In this document: in pieces, positions 24,901 through 37,082 of the stretch | Numbering within the stretch: position 1 is the first letter of the stretch | Layout of the letters: each line of letters begins with the position of its first letter | Assembly (NCBI GenBank): GCA_048013815.1 | Contig: CM106585.1 | Coordinates: 18,848,001 to 18,912,000 of the forward strand | Origin: Setoptus koraiensis | Lineage: Eukaryota > Animalia > Arthropoda | Length of the DNA: 64,000 bases | Reading direction: 5' to 3' | Made by a program: the position numbers and the translations under genes | Notes under the pieces: model-generated | The model's database searches: none | Told to the model about the DNA's origin: nothing | The model's input: the letters and a program-made list of their open reading frames with translations, nothing else

Positions 24901-27013
24901 TTTCCTATATTCACTATCTCCTTTCACTTGTAACTTAAGCTATCCTTAACTAACATTACTAGCCTATATCTTACTGATCAACTTATGTGAATAACTTCCT
25001 ACTATCATGGTATCATATTAACGACTCAACTCGCTGAATATAACTTTATTAAACTCGACACTGTTGACTCTAATCTATAAAACTACACATCTATCAACAA
25101 CTACATAAAAATATCAACTTGATAACTATCACTATAGTGCAATATCTAAACATCTTGTCGCCGAGTAAGTCTTGTGTTGCACACTCTACTTCTACCCTTT
25201 TTCTATTCAGACAACCATTTTATCTTTTGTCGACCATGACTAACATATTTTCATCTTCCTTCTTTATTTTAAACTTTAGTCGAGCTTCAGTCATTCGAGG
25301 TAGAGTAGTTCATTCGAAGCAGGGTATCATAGGAGTGAGAGTATCGATCGTGCAGCAAGTCAGTTTAGGAATAACACGTAAGTATTACACTTTTGCGAAT
25401 CTATAATCAAGTTTCAGAGCCGAGAATGTCTGAACTAACTTTACATATATTGTTTCAAAATTTACATGAATTATCAATATTTAAATGCAGTTACTAGAGA
25501 AGGTGGCTGGTTTGACATCATGGTCAACGGTGGAGGCGCTGTCACACTAGAGTTCAGGCGTGAGCCTTTCTTGACAGTCGAAAAGACTATTGCAGCTCCA
25601 TGGAATGAGATTGTTTTAATAGATCCTGTCGAACTGCAGCTGGAATCTGCCAGTAAGGATGTTAAATTCCAAAAGATACCGCCAATAACAGGAAATCCTA
25701 TATGCCCGGAGCACAACAATGAGCTCATGAAACCTGAAGTTTTAACACCACCTAAAGCATCAGCAAAACACATTCAGAAAAGTTCCATTGCAAATCAGAA
25801 ATCGTCAACAAGCGCTATCTTGAGGAACTCAAGGACCGTGCAACAATCAATTGTTCTACCAGGCACATCCGCTCCGGGTTCGAATCAGCAACCAATTCTG
25901 CTTTTGTATAACTCGAAACGAGCCAACGAATTCATGTCTACCATAGATTTACAAGTGACACCGACTGAACAAGAAATGAAGCTTCCCGACAACCTCAAAG
26001 CGGTTCATCTTAAAATAACAATTGAAGGGAATTTATTTGAGCAGGTCTTAGAACCTCAATCAAATCTTACTTTTACCTACGCCTGGAATAGAAGAAATGT
26101 TTACAAACAGAAGTCTTTTGGTCTATCAGTAGCAAGAGTATCTGTAGGTTATGAATATTTCAGCTGTCAGCAAATCATGTGGACTATGAAACAAGTTCAA
26201 CTACCTGGTCATGATATGTTAATATCTGATATTGGATCTCATTGGAATTTGAATATCCATCATCGTTATAACTATCACGATGCCATTTTGCATCGTGGAG
26301 ACGGGCAAAATTTTTATCTGAAACTCGATAAGCCACTATGGTCTGGTCAATCAAATGTACCGGTCATAAACAAGCAGGGAGAGTATGAAATACCGTCGCC
26401 TGATAATAGCGATGAATTGCTTATATTTAATAGAAATGGCTTGCATATAGCTACAAGGGACGTATCCGTGGCTGGTACAACATCAACATTAGCAACGGTT
26501 TTGAACTCGGCTCATCAGCAAGTCGATAGCAATGGTCACAAAAATAAATACACCTTCACCTATGATGTTAATACCTCATTTGGGCGTCTATCCTCTGTAA
26601 TAGACTCAACCGGAAATAAGATCTACATATTGAGAGATGGACATCATAATGTCAAAACAATCGACACCACTTTAGGTGGTAAATGTCAACTCGAGATCAC
26701 CAAGAATGGCTTGCTTCTTTCTATTGTGACCAATAATCTACGCCAGCAATCTTCCATCCAGAATGAGACAAAATTCACTTTCGGCTATTACACTGATGGC
26801 GGTTTGTTAAAACAGAGTTATGATGCAAATAGCGGTGATACTTATGAGTTTAGCTATGACGATTTTGGACGTGCCCAAAGTATAACACACAAGGATAGAA
26901 AGAGTTCAACAGTAACTGAGTGTCCGATCAGTACTAGTATGCACACAAATACCATAAACAGCGCCAACAGCAAACAATTGGATTGCCATGAGTTAGTTTT
27001 GGATGAATTTTAA
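21932..27013 (+). CDS. Teneurin (Ten-m/Ten-a family)-derived type II membrane protein, internally deleted and C-terminally truncated (~1,423 aa spliced)
   Basis: Proposed exons: 21932-23288, 23448-24533, 24655-24862, 25280-25377, 25491-27013. Donors are GTGAGT/GTGAGT/GTAAGT/GTAAGT, acceptors are AG, and phases are compatible. Translation gives a low-complexity intracellular region, basic stretch RKQQRKRIR, TM helix LIFWALVTTILISVIGITIRAIF, 7 EGF-like repeats and the teneurin Cys-rich motif CDDGIDNDE|DGLIDCADSECC. It continues RKQPP..SFFQRMQFLI, RASVIRGRVV, LTREGGWFDIMVNGGGAVTL, FTYAWNRRNVYKQK, WNLNIHHRYN, NTSFGRLSSVIDSTGNK and YDDFGR. Ten-a versus Ten-m not resolved. Confidence 0.92.
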
Positions 27014-28589
27014 ATCAAAACTTGCACTTCGAACAAGCAACTATACTTAAGCCAGCTTGATAAAATCAAACATCGTACATGCTATCTGGATAGCAAATTA
27101 ACGAGAAAGGAATGTGATATACTATTGTTATAAATTATTATTATTATTATTACTATTACAGAGTGGAAGTTTGAAATTACCTTTTGAGAACTTCTTTGCT
27201 AAATAAAACAAATTATACAAATTATTCATCTTGACTCTCCTCATTTAATTGTGCAACATGCTTATTTCACGTGTTGCGTCAGCGTCAACGATTCTGTGAG
27301 ATGCCATATGTGTTTGATAACTAATCTTGCATATTCCATCGTTGAATATTTTTGGGTTCAGGCTCGTGTGCCCGACTTTTGTTGGTCTGTCAATGAGTGT
27401 CATGAGTTGTTGTGTGTGTTCGTACAACGATTCACGTAACTCGAATCAAGTTAACCAAATACTAAATTGGCGCATTCAAAGCTGCCTCTGTTGTTCGGTA
27501 ATCCTACGTGGTTAAGGTAGGAGATCCTCGAGGACATGAAAGTGATAAAGACTGTAAGCAAAAATAATTTGTTGAAAATCGGAGTATCAGCCTCGTTCCT
27601 ATGTTATATTACTCAGCATCGATAGCCCAGTAATTTTAAATTATTTATATTGCATAGTATCATTATTGCAAGTATTTCAAAAAACGTGGGTTTAAGAATA
27701 GCGTATTCTTTGAGCTCTCAATCTGGAGAGTTCAGAAAAGCTATAGTTGGGTCAATCTGAGTGTCACACTAAAGAGGTTTACCTTGTAAGACACTTCATA
27801 ATAACAAGCCAAGCAGCCTTCAAAACAAACAACTGATGACAACAAAACCAAATACAAAAGTTGGGGAGCCCGTTCGATTTTGGAGAATTAATTCCATATC
27901 GTAGCACCTTGCTTCATCTATCAGGGATCTACTTGAGGATTCCATTCGTATTGTCTGTTGTCTTCGTTAACTTACTTACCAGGAGCTAGCAATTAATTTA
28001 AGCCCCATGTTTTCAGATGTGTATCAGATTGATTTTATTCGATCGGCGCTCTGCATGATCCAAGTTCGAATAGTCCAAGTTTTACTGCTAAAAATTTTCG
28101 ATTCGCGCGCCAATTCTCTGAGTCACTCGTGATGTGTTCGTTTCGATGGTGCATCATAAAAAACAACAACAGAAGCACTAACAAGCATAATAAAGCATCA
28201 ATAGAGAAAAAGTCTGCGTAAGTTCGATTCCACTATACTTTCTATTATTGCATACAGCACCAATCTCTGCTCTTCGGATCATCTATAACCTACAAAGTAC
28301 ACACATGGATTCTTTGTAACAAGTCGAGTGATTGTCTTGGAATAGTCGTTTTTATTTACATCGACACCAACGCAGTTTTCTTTTTTCTATATTTTATTCT
28401 TCATGAGAAAACCTATTCCCCCCGCGGAACAAGCCACTCACATTATGATATTTTTCTTCGATCAAGATCTATGAAACGCAAGATTATTAGCATCATCCGG
28501 CCGAGATATCGAAATTGTTCTCTTGTGACTACGCACTTACAGAAATTCATGACACACTTTAAATACTCGAGACCACAAGATATCTAAGA

Positions 28590-31500
28590 ATGAGCTGGTT
28601 CAATTCATTGGTAAGCAATTAATTAATTGGCTAAGCAAGCTTTAGCATAACTATTACTATACCTCTTATGATGTTGTGTCACCATTTATCTATTGATGAT
28701 GATGATCTAAAAGCAACCAAACCAAGCCGCAGAGAATATTTATCTAACCCGGCTAATGGAGCGTTTGAATTGTTTCTGTGACTCAATATTACTACACGCA
28801 AGGCCCTTTCATTCTGTCACAATTAATAATCAAAGCACACGGATACCTCTGCTCTGTTTCACTAGAATACTATCGCTCCAAGCCTCTACGTCTAGTGTCT
28901 TATCATATACTACCACTACTACTCCTACTGCCGCTTCTACTATTACTTCTATTGTTGGATGACAGTAACATCTCAACTATACGGAACGCTCCTTCTCGGC
29001 ACTTAGCGCTCCGTCAAAATAATGAGATTTAACTGAGATATTGTTGAGACAACACACATGTGTACCAATAGCCAAGCGCAAGAATTGAGTTCCAGTTGTA
29101 ACCATTTTTGAAGTTTCAATCATTCAATGCTACTAGAGATAACGAGAGAAATCAAATGATGGACTACTACAATGAACCCATTATCTATAATGTTAGTTCA
29201 TGGCATCAACTTTTGTATTCACTCACCTAACTGACTGTAATATACTCATTACAAGTGCTTTTCACAAATAGCCCATTACCTAAATTCACTCTGTGCATGT
29301 CATCAATCTCTTAACCGAACATAAGTTCATCAACCAATAATATTGCATGATACAGCCACTGACCACAACAATTATGGCATGTTCTTCCCCCGACCTCTCT
29401 ACACAGCGCATGTTTAACAATGATAGAAATGTAGATTTGTCCGGTAGACATCTCCAAGAGCCCCTAGTAATGACAATGATAAACCTAAGTAACTGACACC
29501 GAAATGTTTTGCACATTTTTCAACAACTAAATTACTAATAGACTCCCTCTCTTGCAATCTCACTCGCATCTCTAGCTGGGAGATCCCAAATCTGGAACTA
29601 AGGCCCCAGTAATTCAAGATTATGCCTCTATTAGAAATCATTGCCTTAATAATGGGATATTATTTGAAGATCCCGTATTCTCACCAGAGGCAGCTGGCTC
29701 AACAGCCAAAAGAAGAGACTGTGAATGGCTCAGGCCTGGTGAGATCAGTCAGCGACCAACATTTATATCATCGGGTGTATCAAGATTTGATGTCATCCAG
29801 GGAGAGCTTGGCGACTGTTGGCTTATAGCTGCCACTGCAAATCTCAGCCTTAATCAGAGATTGTTCTCTCGCGTAGTGCCCACAGACCAATCTTTTGAAC
29901 GCGGTCAATATTGTGGTGTATTTCATTTTAGATTTTGGCAATTCGGAAAATGGGTAGACGTGGTGATCGACGACCGTCTTCCAACAATGGATGGTAAACT
30001 ATTGTTCGTTCGAAGTAGCGATGAAAACGAATTTTGGTCATCATTATTGGAAAAAGCATATGCTAAATTACACGGCTCATATGAGGCCCTCCGGGGTGGT
30101 ACCACATGCGAAGCTATGGTCGACTTCACTGGAGGACTGACGGAATACTTCGAAGTACAATCAGCCGAGTGTCCACCAAATTTGTTCAATATTATGTTGA
30201 AGGCATTTGAGAGACAGTCACTCATTGGTTGCTCTATCGAAGCTCAGGACGAGTCTCAACGTGAAAACGAACTACCCAATGGATTAATAAAAGGTCACGC
30301 CTATTCTATAACATCGGTCATAAATTTACCATATGAAGGACGTCACATACCAATGCTCAGGCTCAGAAATCCCTGGAGTGGGACCAGCGAATGGAATGGC
30401 GCTTGGTCTGATGGGTCTTCTGAATGGCACGGAATAAGAGACTATGAGAAATCTCGTTTGGGACTCACTTTCGAAGCTGATGGTGAGTTTTGGATATCCT
30501 TTCATGACTTTAAGCGCAACTTCACCAGAGTCGAAGTATGTAACCTTGGACCAGACGCTTATGATGATGACAAACAAAGGCAATGGCATGTTCAAATGTT
30601 TGAGGGCTCATGGGTGGCAGGTGTCAGTGCTGGTGGTTGTAGAAACAATCTCAACACTTTTCATCTAAATCCTCAATACATATTCTCGCTCGTTGATCAT
30701 GACGAGGGAGATAGTGAATCTTTGTGCACCTGCATCGTAGCTCTTATGCAGAAGCATCGTAGATCAAAATACAAAATGGGTTCGGATCAATTAACGATTG
30801 GATTCGCCATTTATGAATTGAAAGAAGGCAGTTACCAGAAAGAACCCGTAGGATACTCTGCACCTCAATTCAGGCGCCAACTTTTGACTCTAGACTTCTT
30901 CAAGTATAACTGCTCAGTTGCGAGAAGTCCAACATACATCAACTTGAGAGAGATTAGTGCACGTTTCAGATTGAGACCTGGTACTTATTGTATAATACCT
31001 TCAACATTTGATAAAAACGAAGAGGGCAATTTCATATTACGTGTATGGACAGAGACTCCAACTCATAACGCGCATGAAAACGATGTCGATCCCGCTTTGT
31101 ATCCCGCCGTGGATCCTGTCGTGCCTCCGCAACCAGCACCAGCACCTACGCCGACACCGGCCTTACCAGATCAACCATCCTACCCGGCATATCCAACACC
31201 GGCCGATCCCAAACCGAGCTATCCCACCCCACCCGCACCTTCGTATCCCTCGTATCCATCATATCCATCATATCCATCATATCCGTCTCAACCAGGTCTA
31301 CCTGGCTATCCTCAACTACCAACGGATGGAAATGGATTCAGCTATCCAACGTTACCTCAAGAACCTATCATCAAACCAGCTGTCGCACCAGAACCACCCC
31401 CGGGTCCGCGCTACCCTGATATAAATGTTAGTGAGGTTATATCAACCATACAAACAATAATCAATGTTCTAACGATGTGCTGGACGACTTTTCAGAAGAT

Positions 31501-32242
31501 GCAAGCATCGACAAGTCCTAGCGGATACCCTAATAATAGGGGTGGTGTTTTCAACGAAAATATAAGCTATTCCACAGGCTACAGAACTCACGCTGAGAGA
31601 AAAGATCCAGACGAATTTTTCAAGAAAGTTGCCGGCGACGACATGGAAGTTGACGCTCACGATCTTCGAAAAGTATTGAACACTGCCTTAAAGAAAGAGT
31701 TCAATTTTGAAGCTTTTACACTAGAGACTTGTCGCTCGTTAATCGCACTCTTAGACGAGGATCATTCAGGTAATCTAGAACTGGTGGAGTTCAACAAATT
31801 ATGGAAAGATATACGACTGTGGTGCAATATATTTATGAAGCATGACATTAATAAGGATCATTGTATTGATGCATCCGAACTTAAAGAATCGCTGAGGGAA
31901 GCGGGTATTCAAGCTAATCGAGTATTGCTGACTGATCTTGTGCGACGATACGGAAATGTAGAAAAATTCACTCATGGTAAGCTACAAGTGCCACAAGTTG
32001 TTCGATCGCTATCCTTTGATGCTTTCGTCCATTGTTGCGTAAAATTGAAAACAATAATATCGTACTGGGAGATGCAAAGAAAGAAATCACCAGTCAGACA
32101 TGAGATGCATCATGTCAGGTCAGCGGACAAATCTTCGATGAAAGGAAAAATGCGCATGATAGACAGCGAGGACGATTTAGATGGAATAGACGCAGCCTCA
32201 TTCACTCTGGACGAATTTGTCACTCGTGTTATGTACTCATAG
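28590..32242 (+). CDS. Classical calpain (CysPc protease core, domain III, penta-EF hand), Calpain A/B-like
   Basis: The main exon 29576-32242 is one ORF with catalytic Cys (QGELGDCW), His (KGHAYS) and Asn (LRNPW). It has domain III motifs (GGCRNN, NPQY, PGTYCIIPSTF) and C-terminal EF hands (DEDHSGNLELVEF, DINKDHCIDASEL), ending VMYS. Probable first exon 28590-28610 (MSWFNSL) with a GTAAGC donor is phase-compatible with the acceptor at 29575; the first exon is less certain. Confidence 0.93.
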
Positions 32243-32658
32243 TAAATGAACTCTAATAAGTATTAGGATTTTTGCGAATCTCAACTTAAACTCTCTTTAC
32301 ACTCATGTTCCATGCATTGAGAATCACTGGGATGATGCAATCGTTGAGAAACCCAAGCAATATGGCTTCTTTATATACTAACATTTAATCAAAAGGACAA
32401 GAAAGTTTTCTCTTCATTTACCAATATACGTTTGCAATTTCATACCTCAAATTAGTATCCTATAAGAACTCGTTATGTTGATGCTATTTTTATTATCATA
32501 TCAGTTGACAATTACAACTTGGTATCATATAAATTCATCACTGTTACTATGAATAAAGAACCTAATGCGAGAGCTATTAACACTAATTTTTATGCTTAAT
32601 TATTGAATGTGCTACTAATCAATTTATTATACTCCTATCCTAATGGTTCGTCGACAGT

Positions 32659-34164
32659 TTAAAACGACAAGGCCTCCTGATCAATCACCTTACATGTATT
32701 ACTCGATGTGATACATTCTTCATCGGTGTAGAACTGTTTATACCATCTACGAAATTCCTTAATAGTTTTGTCTTCAGCCACGAACAGTGGATTTTTGGTG
32801 TTCTTCTTATGATTCCAAATGTAAAAGTCTCTCTCGATCTATAGCATTTGTGGGGTAACGTTAGTTAGATTATTAGTGTAAATAATTCCATACGACCAAG
32901 TCACTTTGTGGCTTTTAGCTAATCATTTACTCACCATCAAAATTTCACCGTATAGAACCCATTTGCTCATGAAAAATTGAAACCAATTCTTTTTAGTATA
33001 TATGTTCTGGCAATACTTTACGCGGCGGCCACCAAGTGGTATGCCATTCATGGTAAGAACGCCTTTTCCATAGAGATTAGAATCATAGTAGAGATTGACT
33101 TTAGCCGGTCCAATCTGGTGTGCTTCAACACAAATATCAAACACTCTAAAGTTGAATACTCTTATCCAGGAATTCAGTATCATTTTAGCTTTGTGATTTT
33201 CCGTGTCAGATGGCTGCCATTTAGGATCCCAACAATGACGAATGTATTTTTGCAAGAAACCTAAAGCTTGTAGATCAGGTAAATAGCCGCCAAACAAGAA
33301 AAGATCATTGTGTATGCCAGCAAAGTGGTTCATGTCTGCCCCGTTCTCATGCATGTCCCTCATATCTAAATTGCTAAGATGGTTAGATTTACCCGCTAAT
33401 ACCCAAGTTTTGTCAGCTATTTCCTTCACTGGTTGCAACCACCAGTTTGGTGATCTATTTTCACTGTGATGCCAAATATAAATATAATCATCGACCTCAT
33501 GACTGATCCATTTTTTCAATCTAGCATTTGCGGGTATCTTAGATTTGCTCTGATACGGTATACGCACGCACATACCATCCGAGGTCCGGAATGTCCACTT
33601 GTGGAATGGACACTCTATACAGGATTCATTTAGAATGCTGGTCATCTGACCTCCGATTCCGATATGGACTCCCATGTGTGGACAATACGCATCTAACACA
33701 CTAATTGTATTGTTCTCTTTGGACCTGGTAACGATGAGATCGCGACCCATCACCGACACTTCCTTTATTTGACCGGGCTTGATTAGGTTAGATTCGACAA
33801 TTGGTAGCCATCCATTGGGATATGTGAACGGCTTTTTTCTATCTATTTCATCATAGTCGTTGTCCATTTCCGCTAAACGCTTGCAATACTTTTCTGTGGT
33901 CATATCCTAATGATAAATGGTTGATTGTAAACAACAATTGGCTGAATTTCAACAATTTCGATTAAAATATCATCTCGTTCGACGAAATAGAATGAGCATA
34001 CTTACAAGGTAATAGTTTGTAGGCTTCATAATCTTGTAATGGAGGCTAGAGAATAATATGATTAAAACTAAAATCACTATTAATAATGTTGAATTGATAT
34101 CCTGTAGTTTATTCAAGAAACTTTCTGGCATTAAGCCAATCAATTGGTCTTGATTGAAACTCAT
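32659..34164 (-). CDS. nvd: Neverland / DAF-36 Rieske cholesterol 7-desaturase (~436 aa)
   Basis: Exons (minus): 34164-34006 (N-terminal TM), 33906-32935, 32838-32659, all phase 0 with GT-AG. Rieske motif CPH-x17-CPFH (DAYCPHMG...CIECPFHKW), mononuclear iron motif ENGADMNHFAGIH, and C-terminus ERDFYIWNHKK...EDKTIKEFRRWYKQFY typical of neverland. Confidence 0.92.
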
Positions 34165-34435
34165 GATGGTTGTACAATTAGAAACTTGTGTCGATCTTGT
34201 TATTAAACCTATTTAGTTGTTTAACTACAATAGTAGTATCATGTCGATTATTAAAATGATGACAAACTTGAATGAAGTGTTGAAGAAGTCGGTACATCGG
34301 CTACTTTGGACGGCATGTGGTCTTGTTACCTAGACACTACAAATAAAATGACAATAATGTTAAAAGATATCAGCTGACCTCTGATGGATGCTGGTTGATG
34401 ATTTGCAGTGGAAACAACCAAACCAAAATCAAAAC

Positions 34436-34622
34436 TCGAATGTCAACGATAAGATGATAAATCATACAGGGGAAGGATAGCAGGTGCTTTTCCCTGTATG
34501 TGCAGATGCACAAACTCTTCCGAAGGATCTTCGCCGAAGATGCAGATTTCAAATGTTCTGCGCAGGGAAAAGCACTTGATATCTTCCCCGGTATGATTTA
34601 TCATTTTATCGTTGACATTCGA
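34436..34622 (+). other. Long imperfect inverted repeat (~60-bp arms, ~66-nt spacer); possible hairpin RNA or MITE remnant
   Basis: Arm 34436-34496 is the reverse complement of 34563-34622 except for 2 G:U pairs (on the + strand), 2 mismatches and 1 bulge. Confidence 0.85.
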
Positions 34623-36086
34623 TTAGCGATTGTAAATATTTTACTAGATGTGTGCGGTTTTTCCGGACATGTGTCCAACATCGAATCAAGTTGTATCAGC
34701 TAATTATGTAATTAATCTCGAGTTTTTGTAAGCTTCTAGCCACATGCCTTTTACTTTTCTGATGAAAAACTATTACAATATTTCAGCCAGAACTTTTATT
34801 GGCGAAAAAGTGGGAGCCTCAAGTCCAGAAAACCGCGTACACACGTTGATTGAGGAGATGCTCAACTGGAGGTACTGTGAGAACTTTCAGTGGAAACTAA
34901 ATCCTCGACAAACTCTTTACCTTTTGACCATTAAACTGATAACCAAAAACAAAATTGGATGTTATTTGTTGGTTGTTCACAGTATCGACGAATAATAAGA
35001 TGAGGCTGAATATATCAGAAAACTCTTTATCTCTCTGTTACTTTAGATTTGATGCTGCTGGTTAAGAGATAATGATGCCGAATACGATGATCTCTGATAG
35101 TGATAGAGACTTTTGATGCGAACGATAGTTTAAGGCAAGTCAATCAGACAGCCGCAGGTAAATAGCAATTTGTGTAGTGACAAGAGCACAAAGAATAGAG
35201 ATTAAATAGTGACTATGTCGACGTGAACAAGAGAGATGGAAAGATAGATGGAAAGAGCGACATAGATACACACATACATCACCGTAGGGTAATCTCTCTT
35301 TCGGTGATTTTTGTATAGTCGCATCAATAAGAAATTGCTCACATGGTTGGTGTGTCTATCATTAATAGTCGCCTGATTTTATTAATCATGGAAGATGTTC
35401 GCTAGCTGAGACGATATAAGAAAGTTTTAGGCGTTACTCCATTATGAATGTTGAAAAGTGTTCAACTTGCAAAACCAACTCAACTTTTTATGTTTTTTGA
35501 TGAAAGTCTAGACTCTTTCTCTATCTAAAGTATGGTTGTTTCGGATTTCAATTTATACTGTTGCCGCATCAAGCTCTGCGAAGAAGCTCCTATGGTCTCT
35601 AATTCCAAAAGCAGTATATCATGACTGCCGTCATACAAGTACAAGCACCACCTCTACTTCAACGACAGCGACCACTTCTACTAATTCCATCATCAACAAA
35701 ACCGGCAACACCAACGCTACTAGGACTTCTCCTAGAGAAAGTTTGCTTTCCTGTGATGATCATTAAGCATTAAATTATGACGACAAGATGGCTAGCAACT
35801 CAGGATCAGAGCCGTTCTCTCTCTCTCTCTCTCTCTCTCGCTGGGGCATTTCAATCCAGTTGATCAGGGTCGTCAGACCAACAACAAGTTTGTTGTTAAA
35901 GTGAACTTGAAAAGATATGATCAATGATTACGCTTGTGGCATAGCACGACTGCTACCGAGCGAGCTTCCTGGAGCTCGACAGATTTTAAACGTATGTGTA
36001 ACATGTGATAATGTGGACTAAAGAGATAACATTTTAATGTTTTGTTTGTTAACTACGCTACATAAAACTTGCCATAGAAATTGAAA

Positions 36087-37082
36087 TTAATTTCCAGTGG
36101 CTTTAAGGGCTTCATCTCGTTCTTCAATCAGTTCGTTAGTGGTGATTTCAATTTTAGCTTTAGCGAACTGGTCCAATTGGAAGCTCTCGTCAACCTTCCA
36201 CTCGTTCGACACGGGACAGATTTTGCAAGGCATAGAAAAGAAGAGTCCCTTCGGTACCCCATATTGACCTTCAGAACAGACGACCATCGAAACTGGATCA
36301 GAAGTGCCCTTGAACCAGTCGTGCATATGATCAGCTGCGGCCTTGGCAGCCGACATGGCCGATGATAGTTTTCTGGCTTGTATAACGGCGGCGCCTCTCT
36401 TTTGAACGAGCTCAATTAATTGCTCATCGTGCTTTAAGAAGGGCAGCTTTAGTCCGTTGTAGGAAGCCGAGCTAACGTCAGGAAATTGCGTTGACGAATG
36501 GTTGCCCCAGATGATAACATTCTTGACAAGATGGGCGTTGTCAATGTTGTTTTGCTTCGCCACTTGGTATGCCGCTCTGTGTTGATCGAGCCGGGTCAGT
36601 GCGGTAATATTTTTTGCAGGTATCTTTGGTGATGCATAATGAGATGCAATCAAAGCATTTGTGTTGGCTGGGTTGCCCACAACGAGTACCTTGACATTGG
36701 GCTTTGCGTGCTCAGCAAGGGCGAGTCCTTGAGATTTGAAAATCTTGACATTGGCCGCCAGCAAATCCTTTCGTTCCATACCCTCGCGTCTTGGCATGGA
36801 GCCAACCAAAAAGGCCGCTTCAATGTCTTTAAAAGCTGGTGCCTCCTCAACGTAGGCCTCAATTCCTCTGACGAGGTCGAATCCACAGTCTTCGATCTCC
36901 ATAACGACACCATCGAGGGCCGTCTTCATGGGAGGTATATCTAAAAGATGTAAAATGATAGGTTGGTCTTTACCGAATACGTCACCTCGGGCCACGATAG
37001 GTATGAGCGAGTAGGCGATCTGACCTGCGGAGCCCGTGATGAGAACACGAATTGGTGTCTTGTCTGATGTTGGTGAGGCCAT
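36087..37082 (-). CDS. Mdh1: Cytosolic malate dehydrogenase (intronless)
   Basis: 331-aa ORF with RVLITGSAGQIAYSL, LVGSMPRREGMERKDLL, VVGNPANTN, LTRLDQHRA, WGNHSSTQFPD and RKLSSAMSAAKA. Confidence 0.97.
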   Translation of the reverse strand: MASPTSDKTPIRVLITGSAGQIAYSLIPIVARGDVFGKDQPIILHLLDIPPMKTALDGVVMEIEDCGFDLVRGIEAYVEEAPAFKDIEAAFLVGSMPRREGMERKDLLAANVKIFKSQGLALAEHAKPNVKVLVVGNPANTNALIASHYASPKIPAKNITALTRLDQHRAAYQVAKQNNIDNAHLVKNVIIWGNHSSTQFPDVSSASYNGLKLPFLKHDEQLIELVQKRGAAVIQARKLSSAMSAAKAAADHMHDWFKGTSDPVSMVVCSEGQYGVPKGLFFSMPCKICPVSNEWKVDESFQLDQFAKAKIEITTNELIEERDEALKATGN

